Below, piece after piece: positions 49,433 through 60,500 of a DNA stretch of 64,000 bases. The DNA is from Squalus acanthias (lineage: Eukaryota). The stretch lies in contig JASTWF010000035.1 in the NCBI GenBank assembly GCA_030390025.1, positions 992,001-1,056,000 on the forward strand, written 5' to 3'. Under the pieces are notes generated by a model. It made no database searches and was not told where the DNA came from. It was given only the letters and a program-made list of their open reading frames with translations. The stretch's first letter is position 1; each line of letters begins with the position of its first letter. A program made the position numbers and the translations under genes.

Positions 49433-49943
49433 ACAGTGCCGGAGATTGATCGATCTTTGTTAACCAAAGGTATTAAGGGATATGAGAAAAGGCGGGTATA
49501 TGGAGTTAGGTCACAGATCAGCCATGAACGGCCTCCTGCTGTTCCTAGCCTGACTCCCTCTCGCAGTGGGCCGGGAATCCAGGCCTCGTTCCTCGGTGCC
49601 GACGGAAGCGCTGGGGGTCCCGCAGGTTGTGGGCCAGGCCCGCTGGGGAGGTGCAGCGGCCGGAGCCCGTGCTGTTGGGGAAGCGGCAGCCTGAGCGGGT
49701 GAGCCCGCGGCCTCCTCCACCGCCGCCACGTGGCCAGGCCCCGGGTCCCGCTCACCGCAGCGCCTCTGCCGCACACACCGGGCCCGGCCGCGGCCATCAC
49801 CCGGGACAACAGCCCCCGCCGGGGTGAGCACGCTCCGAGACCTCCCTCCCCCATCCCCTGACCCCTGACCCGGGCCTCCCTCCCTCCCTCCCTGCCCCAG
49901 GTTTCGATCTCCCTGCCCCAGCCCTCCCCACACCTCCTCTCAC

Positions 49944-49946
49944 CAT
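49944..49946 (-). CDS. NOP56: NOP56 exon 1 coding part (ATG only)
   Basis: ccgggATG|gtgaga in a CpG-rich region; phase 0 into exon 2, as in human. Confidence 0.85.
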
Positions 49947-49959
49947 CCCGGCAGCTCGG

Positions 49960-50050
49960 ACTAAGACTGGCAGCCACGTGACGTCACCACTTATACCCGC
50001 CACCGCCCAGCAAGCCCGGCTGTGATTGGCTGCCGAGCAGCCAATCAGTA
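49960..50050 (-). promoter_or_regulatory. NOP56 core promoter
   Basis: Inr-like CCAGTCT (A at 49968), CACGTG 49975-80 overlapping TGACGTCA 49979-86, TATAAG 49995-90, GC boxes, two opposed CCAAT boxes (50025-29, 50041-45). Confidence 0.78.
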
Positions 50051-50152
50051 CACGGCTGACTCTCGCTCCCGCCAAATCAATTCAAAAAACCGTCAAACGG
50101 AAAACAGAGCGAGCCGCCATTGCAGCCGCCTCAGCGCTTGGGTCAGCCGGTG

Positions 50153-50480
50153 CGGAGAGCTCCTCCTGGGCCTGCTCCTGGGCCTGGCCAAAGTGGCCAT
50201 TAACAGGTCCAGGCAGCGGGCGGTCCAGGGGGTCGTTTGGCCCGATTGCCGGCCTCTCTCCCGCGGCCATGTTCGCGCCCGGGTGGCCCTGGAGATGGAG
50301 CACGCGGTGTCCGCCGGCACGCTTGAAGCCTTCCGAGCCCAGGGCGCCGCGGGGACTGGAGTGCATGGTCTCCCCGCCCAATATAAATTTGATTTGATAA
50401 GTTTTATTTCAAGTTATATTAATTTACAGTCAAATTGGTTAATTAAAAGGTGGTAAAAAGTTCATTTGGGTGATCAAAAA
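50153..50480 (+). mobile_element. Tx1/L1-like LINE 3' fragment just upstream of the promoter
   Basis: LLLGLLLGLAKVAINRSRQRAVQGVVWPDC..ARVALEMEHAVS followed by an AT-rich tail. Confidence 0.65.
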
Positions 50481-50490
50481 AGAGGCACCA

Positions 50491-51394
50491 TCCCTCCGAC
50501 AGTGCAGCACTCCCTCAGTACTGCCCCTCTGACAGTGCAGCACTCCCTCAGTACTGCCCCTCTGACAGTGCAGCACTCCCTCAGTACTGCCCCTCTGACA
50601 GTGCAGCGCTCCCTCAGTACCGCCCTCCGACAGTGCGGCTCTCGCTCAGTACTGTCCCTCCGACAGTGCAGCACTCCCTCAGTACCGCCCTCCGACAGTG
50701 CAGCACTCCCTCAGCACTGCCCCTCCGACAGTGCAGCGCTCCCTCAGTACTGCCCCTCTGACAGTGCAGCACTCCCTCAGTACTGCCCCTCTGACAGTGC
50801 AGCGCTCCCTCAGTACCGCCCTCCGACAGTGCGGCTCTCGCTCAGTACTGTCCCTCCGACAGTGCAGCACTCCCTCAGTACCGCCCTCCGACAGTGCAGC
50901 ACTCCCTCAGCACTGCCCCTCCGACAGTGCAGCGCTCCCTCAGTACTGCCCCTCTGACAGTGCAGCACTCCCTCAGTACTGCCCCTCTGACAGTGCAGCA
51001 CTCCCTCAGTACTGCCCCTCCGACAGTGCAGCACTCCCTCAGCACTGCCCCTCCGACAGTGCGGCGCTCCCTCAGTACTGCCCCTCTGACAGTGCAGCAC
51101 TCCCTCAGTACTGCCCCTCTGACAGTGCAGCGCTCCCTCAGCACTGCCCCTCCGACAGTGCAGCACTCCCTCAGCACTGCCCCTCCCACAGTGCAGCGCT
51201 CCCTCAGTACTGCCCCTCGGACAGTGCAGCGCTCCCTCAGTGCTGCCCCTCCAACAGTGCAGCTCTCTCTCAGTACTGCCCCTCCGACAGTGCAGCACTC
51301 CCTCAGCACTGCCCCTCCGACAGTGCAGCACTCCCTCAGTACTGCCCCTCCGACAGTGCGGAGCTCCCTCAGTACTGACCCTCCGACAGTGCAG
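50491..51394. repeat. 33-bp satellite, left block
   Basis: CCCTCCGACAGTGCAGCACTCCCTCAGTACTGC. Confidence 0.97.
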
Positions 51395-54027
51395 CCCTCC
51401 CTCCCCTCACCCGGGAGAGTTCAAAAGCAGCGGGAGCAGAGCGAGAGCGTTAAAACCTGGGAGAGTTCAAAAGCAGCGGGAGTAGAGCGAGAGCGTTAAA
51501 ACCCGGGAGACGCTGAGATACAAAGGATCGGTGAGTGTAAAGAAGTAAAAAGTAATGAAAGTGTGATGTCACCAGAAAGCACGTAAGTGATCGGTTGGTG
51601 ACTTTCTCTATTTCTTGCTTTTATTTCCAAACTTGAGCATCTAAATTTAATTGCCTTGGTGTAGATTAAAAGATATAAGTGTTCCAAATTTTAAAATTAA
51701 TTAATGAATTGAGATGGGAGACCAGGCAATGTGTTGTTGTTGCATGTGGGAGCTTGTGGACACCATTGAGGTCCAGGGGGCGACCACATCTGTAACAAAT
51801 GTCGGCTGCTCGAGGAACTTCGGCTCAGAGTTGATGAGCTGGAGTCCGAGCTTCAGACACTGCGACACATTAGGGAGGGGGAGCGTTACCTGGACACTAT
51901 GTTCCAGGAGGCAGTTACACTCATTAGAATAATTGCTTCCAATTTGGCCCATGGTCAGGGACAGGAGGGTGTGACTACAAGCGAGGCAGGTATTGGGATC
52001 CAGGAGGTAGTGGTGGAGGAGCCTCAGCCCTTGGCCTTGTCCAACAGGTACGAGGTTTTTACTCCCTGTGTGGACGAGAGCAGGGACTGCAGTGGGGATG
52101 AGCAAACTGACCACAGCACCGTGGTACAGGGAGCCATTCAAGTGGGGGGAGCAAAAAGAAATGTTGTAGTGATTGGGGGCAGTATAGTGACGGGGATAGA
52201 TACTGTTCTCTGCAGCCGAGAGTGTGAGTCCCGAAGGCTGTGTAGTCTGGAGGGGGAAGATCCAATTGTCTTGGTCCCCGTAGTTACCAATGACATAGGT
52301 AGGACAAAGAAAGAGGTTCTGCTGAGAGAGTATGAGCAGCTAGGGGCTAAATTAAAAAGCAGAACCACAAAGGTAATAATCTCTGAATTGCTACCTGAGC
52401 CACGAGCGAATTGGCATAGGGTAAACAAGATCAGAGAAATGAACGAGTGGCTCAAAGACTTGTGTGGGAGAAATGGGTTTCGATTTGTGGGGCACTGGCA
52501 GCAGTACTAGGGTAAGAGGGAGCTGTTCCGTTTGGACGGGCTTCACTTGAACCATGCTGGGGCTAGAGTCCTGGCAAATCGAATAACTAGGGCTGTAGAG
52601 AGGGCTTTAAACTAAATAGTGGGGGGGAGGATCCAGGTGAGCGGGAAAATAAAAAGTCAATGAGAAATGAGAAAGCAATAGAGCAGGTTAGAGATGGGGG
52701 AAATAATAACCAGAGTGTGACAGGAAGGGACAGAATATTTAAAAATAAGAGTGTAACAGAAAAAAAGGCCAAAACAAGGAAAAATGGTAAAAAGACAAAG
52801 TTGAAAGCTCTATATCTGAATGCACGCAGCATTCGTAACAAGATAAATGAGTTGACGGCACAAATCGATACAAATGGGTATGATCTGATCGCCATTACAG
52901 AGACGTGGTTGCAAGGCGACCAGGGCTGAGAACTGAATATTCCAGGGTATATGATAATTCGGAAGGATAGAAAGAAAGGAAAGGGAGGTGGGGTGGCTTT
53001 GTTGGTAAAGGATGGGATCAGTGCAGTGGTGAGAAGTGATATTGGCTCAGAAGATCAAGATGTAGAATCGGTTTGGGTGGAGTTAAAAAATAATAAGGGG
53101 AAAAAGTCTCTGGTGGGTGTAGTCTACAGGCCCCCGAACAGTAGCAATGCTGTTGGACAGAGTATAAATCAACAAATAATGGAGGCCTGTAAAAAAAGGT
53201 ACGGTAATAATCATGGGTGATTTTAATCTCCATATTGATTGGACAAATCAAATTGGCCATGGTAGCCTTGAGGAGGAGTTCATAGAGTGCATCCGGGATG
53301 TTTTCCTAGAACAGTATGTAATGGAACCAACCAGGGAGCAGGCTATCTTGGATCTGGTACTATGTAATGAGACAGAATTAATAAATGATCTCATAGTAAA
53401 GGATCCTCTCGGAAAGAGTGACCATAGCATGGTTGAATTTCAAATTCAGTTGGAGGGTGAGAAAGTTGTATCCCAAACCAGTGTCCTGATCTTAAACAAA
53501 GGCAATTATAATGGCATGAGGGCAGAACTGGCTAAAGTGGACTGGAAAAACAAATTAAAGGGTAAGAAAGTTGAAATGCAGTGACGGACATTTAAGGAGA
53601 TATTTCATAACTCTCAACAAAAATATATTCCGGTGAGAAAGAAAGATTTTAAGAGAAGGGAGCACCATCCGTGGCTAACTAAGGAAGTAAAGGATGGTAT
53701 CAAATTGAAAACAAAGGCATACAATGTTGCCAAGATTGGTGGGAGACCAGAGTATTGGGAAATTTTTAAAAACCAGCAAAGGATGACTAAAAAAATAATA
53801 AAGAGAGAGAAGATGAATTATGAGAGTAAGCTGGCAAGAAACATTAAAACAGATAGTAAGAGCTTCTACAGGTATATAAAAAGGAAGAGGGTAGCTAAAG
53901 TAAACGTTGGTCCCTTAGAGGATGAGACTGGGGAATTAATAGCGGGGAACGGGGAAATGGCAGAGACTCTGAACAAATATTTTGCATCTGTCGTCACTGT
54001 AGAAGACACTATCAACGTCCCAATAAT

Positions 54028-54759
54028 ATTGGCCCAGAAATTCGGGTCCCCACGGGTGAGTATGCGCTATGTACTCACCCGTAGGGCCACTGGAAGTGCC
54101 GGTTTCGCGCATGCACGGGAAACCGGAACTTCCGGTCTCGTGAAGGAAGGGATTCACGGGTCAACCGCGTGCGCGGGAGAGGCAGCGCGTACGCAGCGAA
54201 CTTCGGCTTTTTTTACAGGTTTCTCCGTGCGGGTAAGTCCCTAGCAGCTGCGCGTGGAAAAAGCAGGCGCAAGGCCTGCTTTTAACAAGGTAAGTGGTGA
54301 ATTAAGTAAAATTAAAACATTTTTTCCACAGGTTTATTATTTTTAAATACTTTAAAGAAAGGTAAGTTTATTTTTAGCCCCGTTAAAAACTGTAATTAAT
54401 TTTTTCAAATATTAAAATTATTGTTTAAAATAGTTATTTTATGTAATTTATAGTTATTTTAAAAATGTGATTTAAAAAAATAAATTATTTGAAGTTTTAG
54501 TTAGGTTTTGGGGCCGATCTCTATTCATAGATTTGACAGATTCCCTGCTCCGATTGGCTCCCCATGGCCCACGTGATCCCAGGGGACACTTCGAACTAAC
54601 TGCGCCGCTGGAATCCGCGAGCACTGCACACCGGCAGCTGGAGGAGGCCCAGGATCCGAATCCCACGCGGGCCCACAGCACAACGGCAGGCTCGCTATGT
54701 AAGTGCACCCTCTATGCTTGCACCCGCGGGAAGCCTCCAACCCGAATTTCTGGCCCAAT
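54028..54759. mobile_element. MITE-like element with terminal inverted repeats
   Basis: ATTGGCCCAGAAATTCGGG ... CCCGAATTTCTGGCCCAAT; AT-rich core; interrupts CR1 ORF2. Confidence 0.85.
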
Positions 54760-54817
54760 GGATAATCAAGGGGCCACGGAGTGGGGAACTAAAGACAATC
54801 ACTATCACTAAGGAAAT

Positions 54818-55024
54818 AAAAATGAGAAGTCGCACAACACCAGGTTATAGTCCAACAGATTTATTTAAAATTACAAGCTTTCGGAGCTATCGATCGCCCC
54901 TTCTTCAGGTAAAGTTACTATGAGTGAATCTACAAAAGTTCACAGAATTTAAACACAGAAAAAGCAGAGATACAATCTTTCCTTACATCAAAGACACACC
55001 AAGAGCACAGCCAAGACAATGACG
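54818..55024 (-). mobile_element. Short hammerhead-bearing insertion (motif 54871-54912)
   Basis: TTAC-CTGAAGA-A-GGGGC-gatcgata-GCTCC-GAAA-GCTT-GTAA; TSD AAGGAAATA. Confidence 0.75.
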
Positions 55025-56260
55025 AAGGAAATAGTACTTGGTAAAATAATGGGACTAAAAGATGACAAGTCCCCTGGACCAGATGGCCTGCATCCCAGGG
55101 TCTTAAAAGAAGTGGCTGCAGAGATAGTGGATGCATTGGTTGCAATATACCAAAATTCCCTGGACTCTGGAGAGGTCCCAGCGGATTGGAAAACCGCTAA
55201 TGTAACACCCCTATTTAAGAAAGGAGGGAGACAGAAAGCAGGAAACTATAAACCAGTTATCCTAACATCTGTCGTTGGGAAAATGCTGGAGTCCTTCATT
55301 AAGGAAGCAGTCAAACATACTGCAGTCAAACAGAGTCAGCATGGTTTTAGGAAAGGAATTCATGTGTAACAAATTTGCTGGAGTTCTTTGAGGATGTAAC
55401 AAGCAGGGTGGACAAGGGTGATCCAGTGGATGTGGTGTATTTGGATTTCCAGAAGGCATTCGATAAGGTGCCACCTAAAAGGTTACTGCACAAGATAAGA
55501 GCTCACGGAGTTGGGGGTAATATGTTAGCATGGATAGAGAATTGGCTAACTAACAGAAAGCAGAGAGTCGGGATAAATGGGTCATTTTCTGGTTGGCAAA
55601 CAGTAACTAGTGGGGTGCCACAAGGATCGGTGCTGGGGCCCCAACAATTTACAATCTATATTAATGACTTGGATGAAAGGATCGAGTGTAATGTAGCCAA
55701 GTTTGCAGATAATACAAAGATGGGTGGGAAAGCAAGTTGTGCAGAGGACTCAAAGAATCTGCAAAGGGATATAGACAGGCTAGGTGAGTGGGCAAACATT
55801 TGGCAGATGGAGTATAATGTGGGAAAGTGTGAGGTTATCCACTTTGGCAGGAAAAATAAAAAAGTAAGCTATTATTTAAATTGAGAGTGATTACAAAATG
55901 CTACAGTTCAGAGGGACCTGGGGGTCCTTGTGCATGAAACACAAAAAGTTAGCATGCAGGTACAGCAAGTAATCAAAAAGGCAAATGGAATGTTGGCCTT
56001 TATTTCAAGGGGGTTGGAGTATAAAAGCAGGGAAGTCCTGCTACAACTGTACAAGGTATTGGTGAGACCACACCTTGAGTACTGCGTACAGTTTTGGTCT
56101 CCTTATTTAAGGAAGGATATACTTGCATTGGAGGCAGTTCAGATACGATTCACTCGGTTAATTCCAGAGATGAGGGGTTTGACTTATGAGGAAAGGTTGA
56201 GCAGGCTGGGCCTATACTCATTGGAATTTAGAAAAATGAGAGGTGATCTTATCGAAACAT

Positions 56261-57131
56261 GTTGGGTCAGAAATTTGGTTTTCCGGCTTCCTGCGGGTGC
56301 AAGCATCGCGCGCGTACTTACCTACCGCGCCTGCCGTTGTGTTTTGGGCCCACGAGAACTTCGGGTCCTGGGCCTCCTCCAGCTGCCGGCGCGCAGTGCT
56401 TGCTTGTCCCCAAAACCACACTTGCACTTCAAATAAATTTTTAAAAAACATCACATTTTTAAAATAACTATAAGTTAAATAAATTAACTACTTTAAACAA
56501 AAATTTAAATTTTGAAAAAATTAAAATACTTTTTAATGGTGCTAAAAATAAACTTACCTTTCTTTAAAGTATCTAAAAAAGATAAACCTGTTGAAATTTT
56601 TTTAAAACTGTAATTAATTCACCACTTACCTTGTTAAAAACGGGTCTTGCGCCTCCTTTTTAAAAATGAGAAGTCGCACAACACCAGGTTATAGTCCAAC
56701 AGTTTTATTTGAAATCACAAGCTTTCGGAGCTATCGATCGCCCCTTCCTCAGGTGAAGTAAAGAGATACAGAATCGCCAAAGCATATATAGATAGAGAAC
56801 AATGCATGTGTTACTTACAAAAGCAGACGACTACATTTAAATCACCCTGACTGTTTATCTGCCGAGGTGTGACAAAAGGCAATCAGGTCCTTTTTAAAAG
56901 CGCAGCTTCTTCCATACTTACCTTCCCGGAGAAACCTGAAAAAAAACCTAAGTTCGCTGCGTGCGCGCACCCTCTACCGCGCACGCGGTTCACCTCTGAA
57001 CCCCTCCCTTCACCAGACCGGAACTTCCGGTTTCCCGCGCATGCGCAGTGCATGCAGGAAACCAGCACTTCAAGTGGCCTTACAGGTGAACACAGCGCGT
57101 ACTCACCCGACAAGCGCCGAATTTCTGGGCC
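56261..57131. mobile_element. Second copy of the MITE, opposite orientation
   Basis: Begins with the reverse complement of the first copy's end; TIR ttgggtcagaaatt/aatttctgggcc. Confidence 0.85.
56666..56886 (-). mobile_element. Short hammerhead-bearing insertion (motif 56715-56756) nested in the MITE
   Basis: TCAC-CTGAGGA-A-GGGGC-gatcgata-GCTCC-GAAA-GCTT-GTGA; TSD TCCTTTTTAAAA. Confidence 0.75.
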
Positions 57132-57507
57132 ATAAGATACTGAGGACGCTCGACAGGGTAGATGCAGAGAGGATGTTTCCCCTCATGGGGAAATCTAGAA
57201 CTCGGGGGCACAGTCTCAGAATAAAGGGTCGCCCTTTTAGAACTGAGATGAGGAGGAACTTCTTCTCTCAGAGGGTCGTAAATTTAACAATTCTCTGCCC
57301 CAGAGAGCTGTGGAGGCTGGGTCATTAAATACATTTAAAGTGGAGATAGACACATTTTTGGAAGATAAGGGAGTGATGGGTTATGGGGAGCGGGCAGGGA
57401 AGTGGCTTTGAGCCCTAGATCAGCCATGATCTTATTGAATGGCGGAGCAGGCTCAAGCGGCCAAGTGGCCTATTCCTGCTCCTATTTCTTATGTTCTTAT
57501 GTTATCA

Positions 57508-60500
57508 CTGCCGCCCCTCCGACAGTGCGGCACTCCCTCAGTACTGCCGCTCCTACGACAGTGCGGCACTCCCTCAGTACTGCCGCTCCTACGACAGTGC
57601 AGCACTCCCTCAGTATTGCCCCTCCGACAGTGCAGCACTCCCTCAGTACTGCATCTCCGACAGTGCGACGCACCCTCAGTACTGCCGCTCCTTCGACAGT
57701 GCCGAGCTCCCCCAGTACCGCCCCTCCGACCGTGCGGAGCTCCCTCAGTACTGCCTCTCCGACGGTGCAGCACTCCCTCAGTACTGCATCTCCAACAGTG
57801 CGTCGCTCCCTCAGTACTGCCCGGCCGACAGTGCGGCGCTCCCTCAGTACTGCCGCTCCTCCGACAGTGCGGCACTCTCTCACTTCCGCCCCTCCGACAG
57901 TGCGGTGCTCCCTCAGTGCTGCCGCTCCTCCGACAGTGCGTCGCTCCCTCAGTACTGCCCGGCCTACAGTGCGGCGCTCCCTCAGTACTGCCGCTCCTCC
58001 GACAGTGCAGCGCTCCCTCAGTGCTGCCCCTCCGACAGTGCAGCACTCCCTCAGTACTGCCCCTCCGACAGTGTGGCGCTCCCTCAGTACTGACCCTCCA
58101 AAAGTGCGGCACTCTCTCGGTACTACCCCTCTGACAATGCAGCACTCCCTCAGTACCGCACCTCCGACAGTGCGGCTCTCCCTCAGTACTGCTCCTCCGA
58201 CAGTGTGGCGCTCCCTCAGCAGCGCCCTTCCGACCCTGCGCCGCACTCTCAGTACCGCCCCGCCGCCCGTGCGGCCATCCTTCGGTACTGCCCTTCCGAC
58301 AGTGCGGCGCGTCCTCAGCACTGCCCCTCCGATAGTGCAGCACTCCCTCAGTACTGCCCCTCCGACAGTGCGGCGCTCCCTCAGTACAGCCCCATTCCGA
58401 CAGTGCGGGGCTCCCTCAGTACTGCCGCTCCTTCGACAGTGCGGCGCTGCCTCAGTACTGCATCTCTGACAGTGTGGCGCCCCCTCAGTACTGCCGCTCC
58501 TTCGACAGGGTGGCGCTCCCTCAGTGCCGCCCCTCCGATAGTGCAGCGCTCCCTCAGTCCCACCCCTCCGACAGTGCGGCACTCCCTCAGTACTGCGGCT
58601 CCGACAGTGCAGCACTCCCTCAGTACTGCATCTCCGACAGTGCGGCGCTCCTTCAGTATGGCGCTCCCTCAGCAGCGCCCCTCCGACATTGCGGCGCTCC
58701 CTCAGTAACGTCCCTCCGACAGTGCGGCTCTCCCTCAGTACTGCTCTTCCGACAGTGCGGCTCTTCCTCAGTACTGCTCTTCCGACAGTGCGGCTCTCCC
58801 TCAGTACTGCTCTTCCGACAGTGCGGAGCTCCTTCGGTACTGCCCTTCCGACAGTGCAGCGCTCCCTCAGTACTGCCGCCCCTCCGACAGTGCAGCGCTC
58901 CCTCAGTACCGCCTCTCCGACAGTGCAGCGCTCCCTCAGTACTGCCGCCCCTCCGACTGTGCAGCGCTCCCTCAGTACCGTCTCTCCGACAGTGCAGCGC
59001 TCCCTGAATACTGCCGCCCCTCCGACAGTGTGGCGCTCCCTCAGTACTGCCGTGCTTCCAACAGTGCGGCACTCCCTCAGTACAGCCCCTCGACAGTGCA
59101 GCGCTCCCTCAGTACTGCCGCCCCTCCGACAGTGCAGTGCTCCCTCAGTACCGCCTCTCCGACAGTGCGGTGCTCCCTCAGTACTGCCGCTCCTTCGACA
59201 GTGCGGTGCTCCCTCAGCACTGCCCTTCCGATAGTGCAGCGCTCCCTCAGCACCGCCCCACCGACAGTGCGGCACTCCCTCAGTACTGCGGCTCCGACAG
59301 TGCAGCACTCCCTCAGTACTGCATCTCCGACAGTGCGGCGCTCCTTCAGTATGGCGCTCCCTCAGCAGCGCCCCTCCGAAATTGCGGCGCTCCCTCAGTA
59401 ACGTCCCTCCGACAGTGCGGCTCTCCCTCAGTACTGCTCTTCCGACAGTGCGGCTCTTCCTCAGTACTGCTCTTCCGACAGTGCGGCTCTCCCTCAGTAC
59501 TGCTCTTCCGACAGTGCGGAGCTCCTTCGGTACTGCCCTTCCGACAGTGCAGCGCTCCCTCAGTACTGCCGCCCCTCCGACAGTGCAGCGCTCCCTCAGT
59601 ACCGCCTCTCCGACAGTGCAGCGCTCCCTCAGTACTGCCGCCCCTCCGACAGTGCAGCGCTCCCTCAGTACCGTCTCTCCGACAGTGCAGCGCTCCCTGA
59701 ATACTGCCGCCCCTCCGACAGTGTGGCGCTCCCTCAGTACTGCCGTGCTTCCAACAGTGCGGCACTCCCTCAGTACAGCCCCTCGACAGTGCAGCGCTCC
59801 CTCAGTACTGCCGCCCCTCCGACAGTGCAGTGCTCCCTCAGTACCGCCTCTCCGACAGTGCGGTGCTCCCTCAGTACTGCCGCTCCTTCGACAGTGCGGT
59901 GCTCCCTCAGCACTGCCCTTCCGATAGTGCAGCGCTCCCTCAGCACCGCCCCACCGACAGTGCGGCACTCCCTCAGTACCGCCCCTCCGACAGTGCAGCG
60001 CCCCCTCAGTGCTGCCCCTCCGACAGTGCGGCGCTCCCTCAGTACTGACCCTCCGACAGTGCGGTGCTCTCTCGGTACTACCCCTCTGACAATGCAGCGC
60101 TCCCACAGTACCGCCCCTCCGATAGTGCGGCACTCCCTCAGTACGTCCGCTCCTTCGACAGTGCAGCGCTCCCTCAGTACTGCCACTCCGACAGTGCAGC
60201 GCTCCCTCAGTACTGCCCCTCCGACAGTGCAGCACTCCCTCAGTACTGCCCCTCCGACAGTGCGGCGCTCCCTCAGTACTGACCCTCCGACAGTGCCGCG
60301 CTCTCTCGGTACTACCCCTCTGACAATGCAGCTCTCCCTCAGTACCGCCCCTCCGACAGTGCGGCGCTCCCTCAGTACTGCCCCTCCGACAGTGTGGCGC
60401 TCCCTCAGTACTGACCCTCCGACAGTGCCGCGCTCTCTCGGTACTACCCCTCTGACAATGCAGCTCTCCCTCAGTACCGCCCCTCCGACAGTGCGGCGAT

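Larger units (their letters stand above)
51410..57503 (+). mobile_element. Full-length decayed CR1 (5' UTR, ORF1 with Cys motif and SGNH esterase, ORF2 EN-RT, tail) with four nested insertions
   Basis: VVVIGGSIV, TNDIG, DGLHLN in ORF1; YLNARS..FAD motifs in ORF2; tail ttcttatgttcttatgtt. Confidence 0.94.

Noticed and set aside
48187..49943. MIR1292 or a GGCCTG repeat orthologue
   Set aside because: No recognisable match in the 5' introns.
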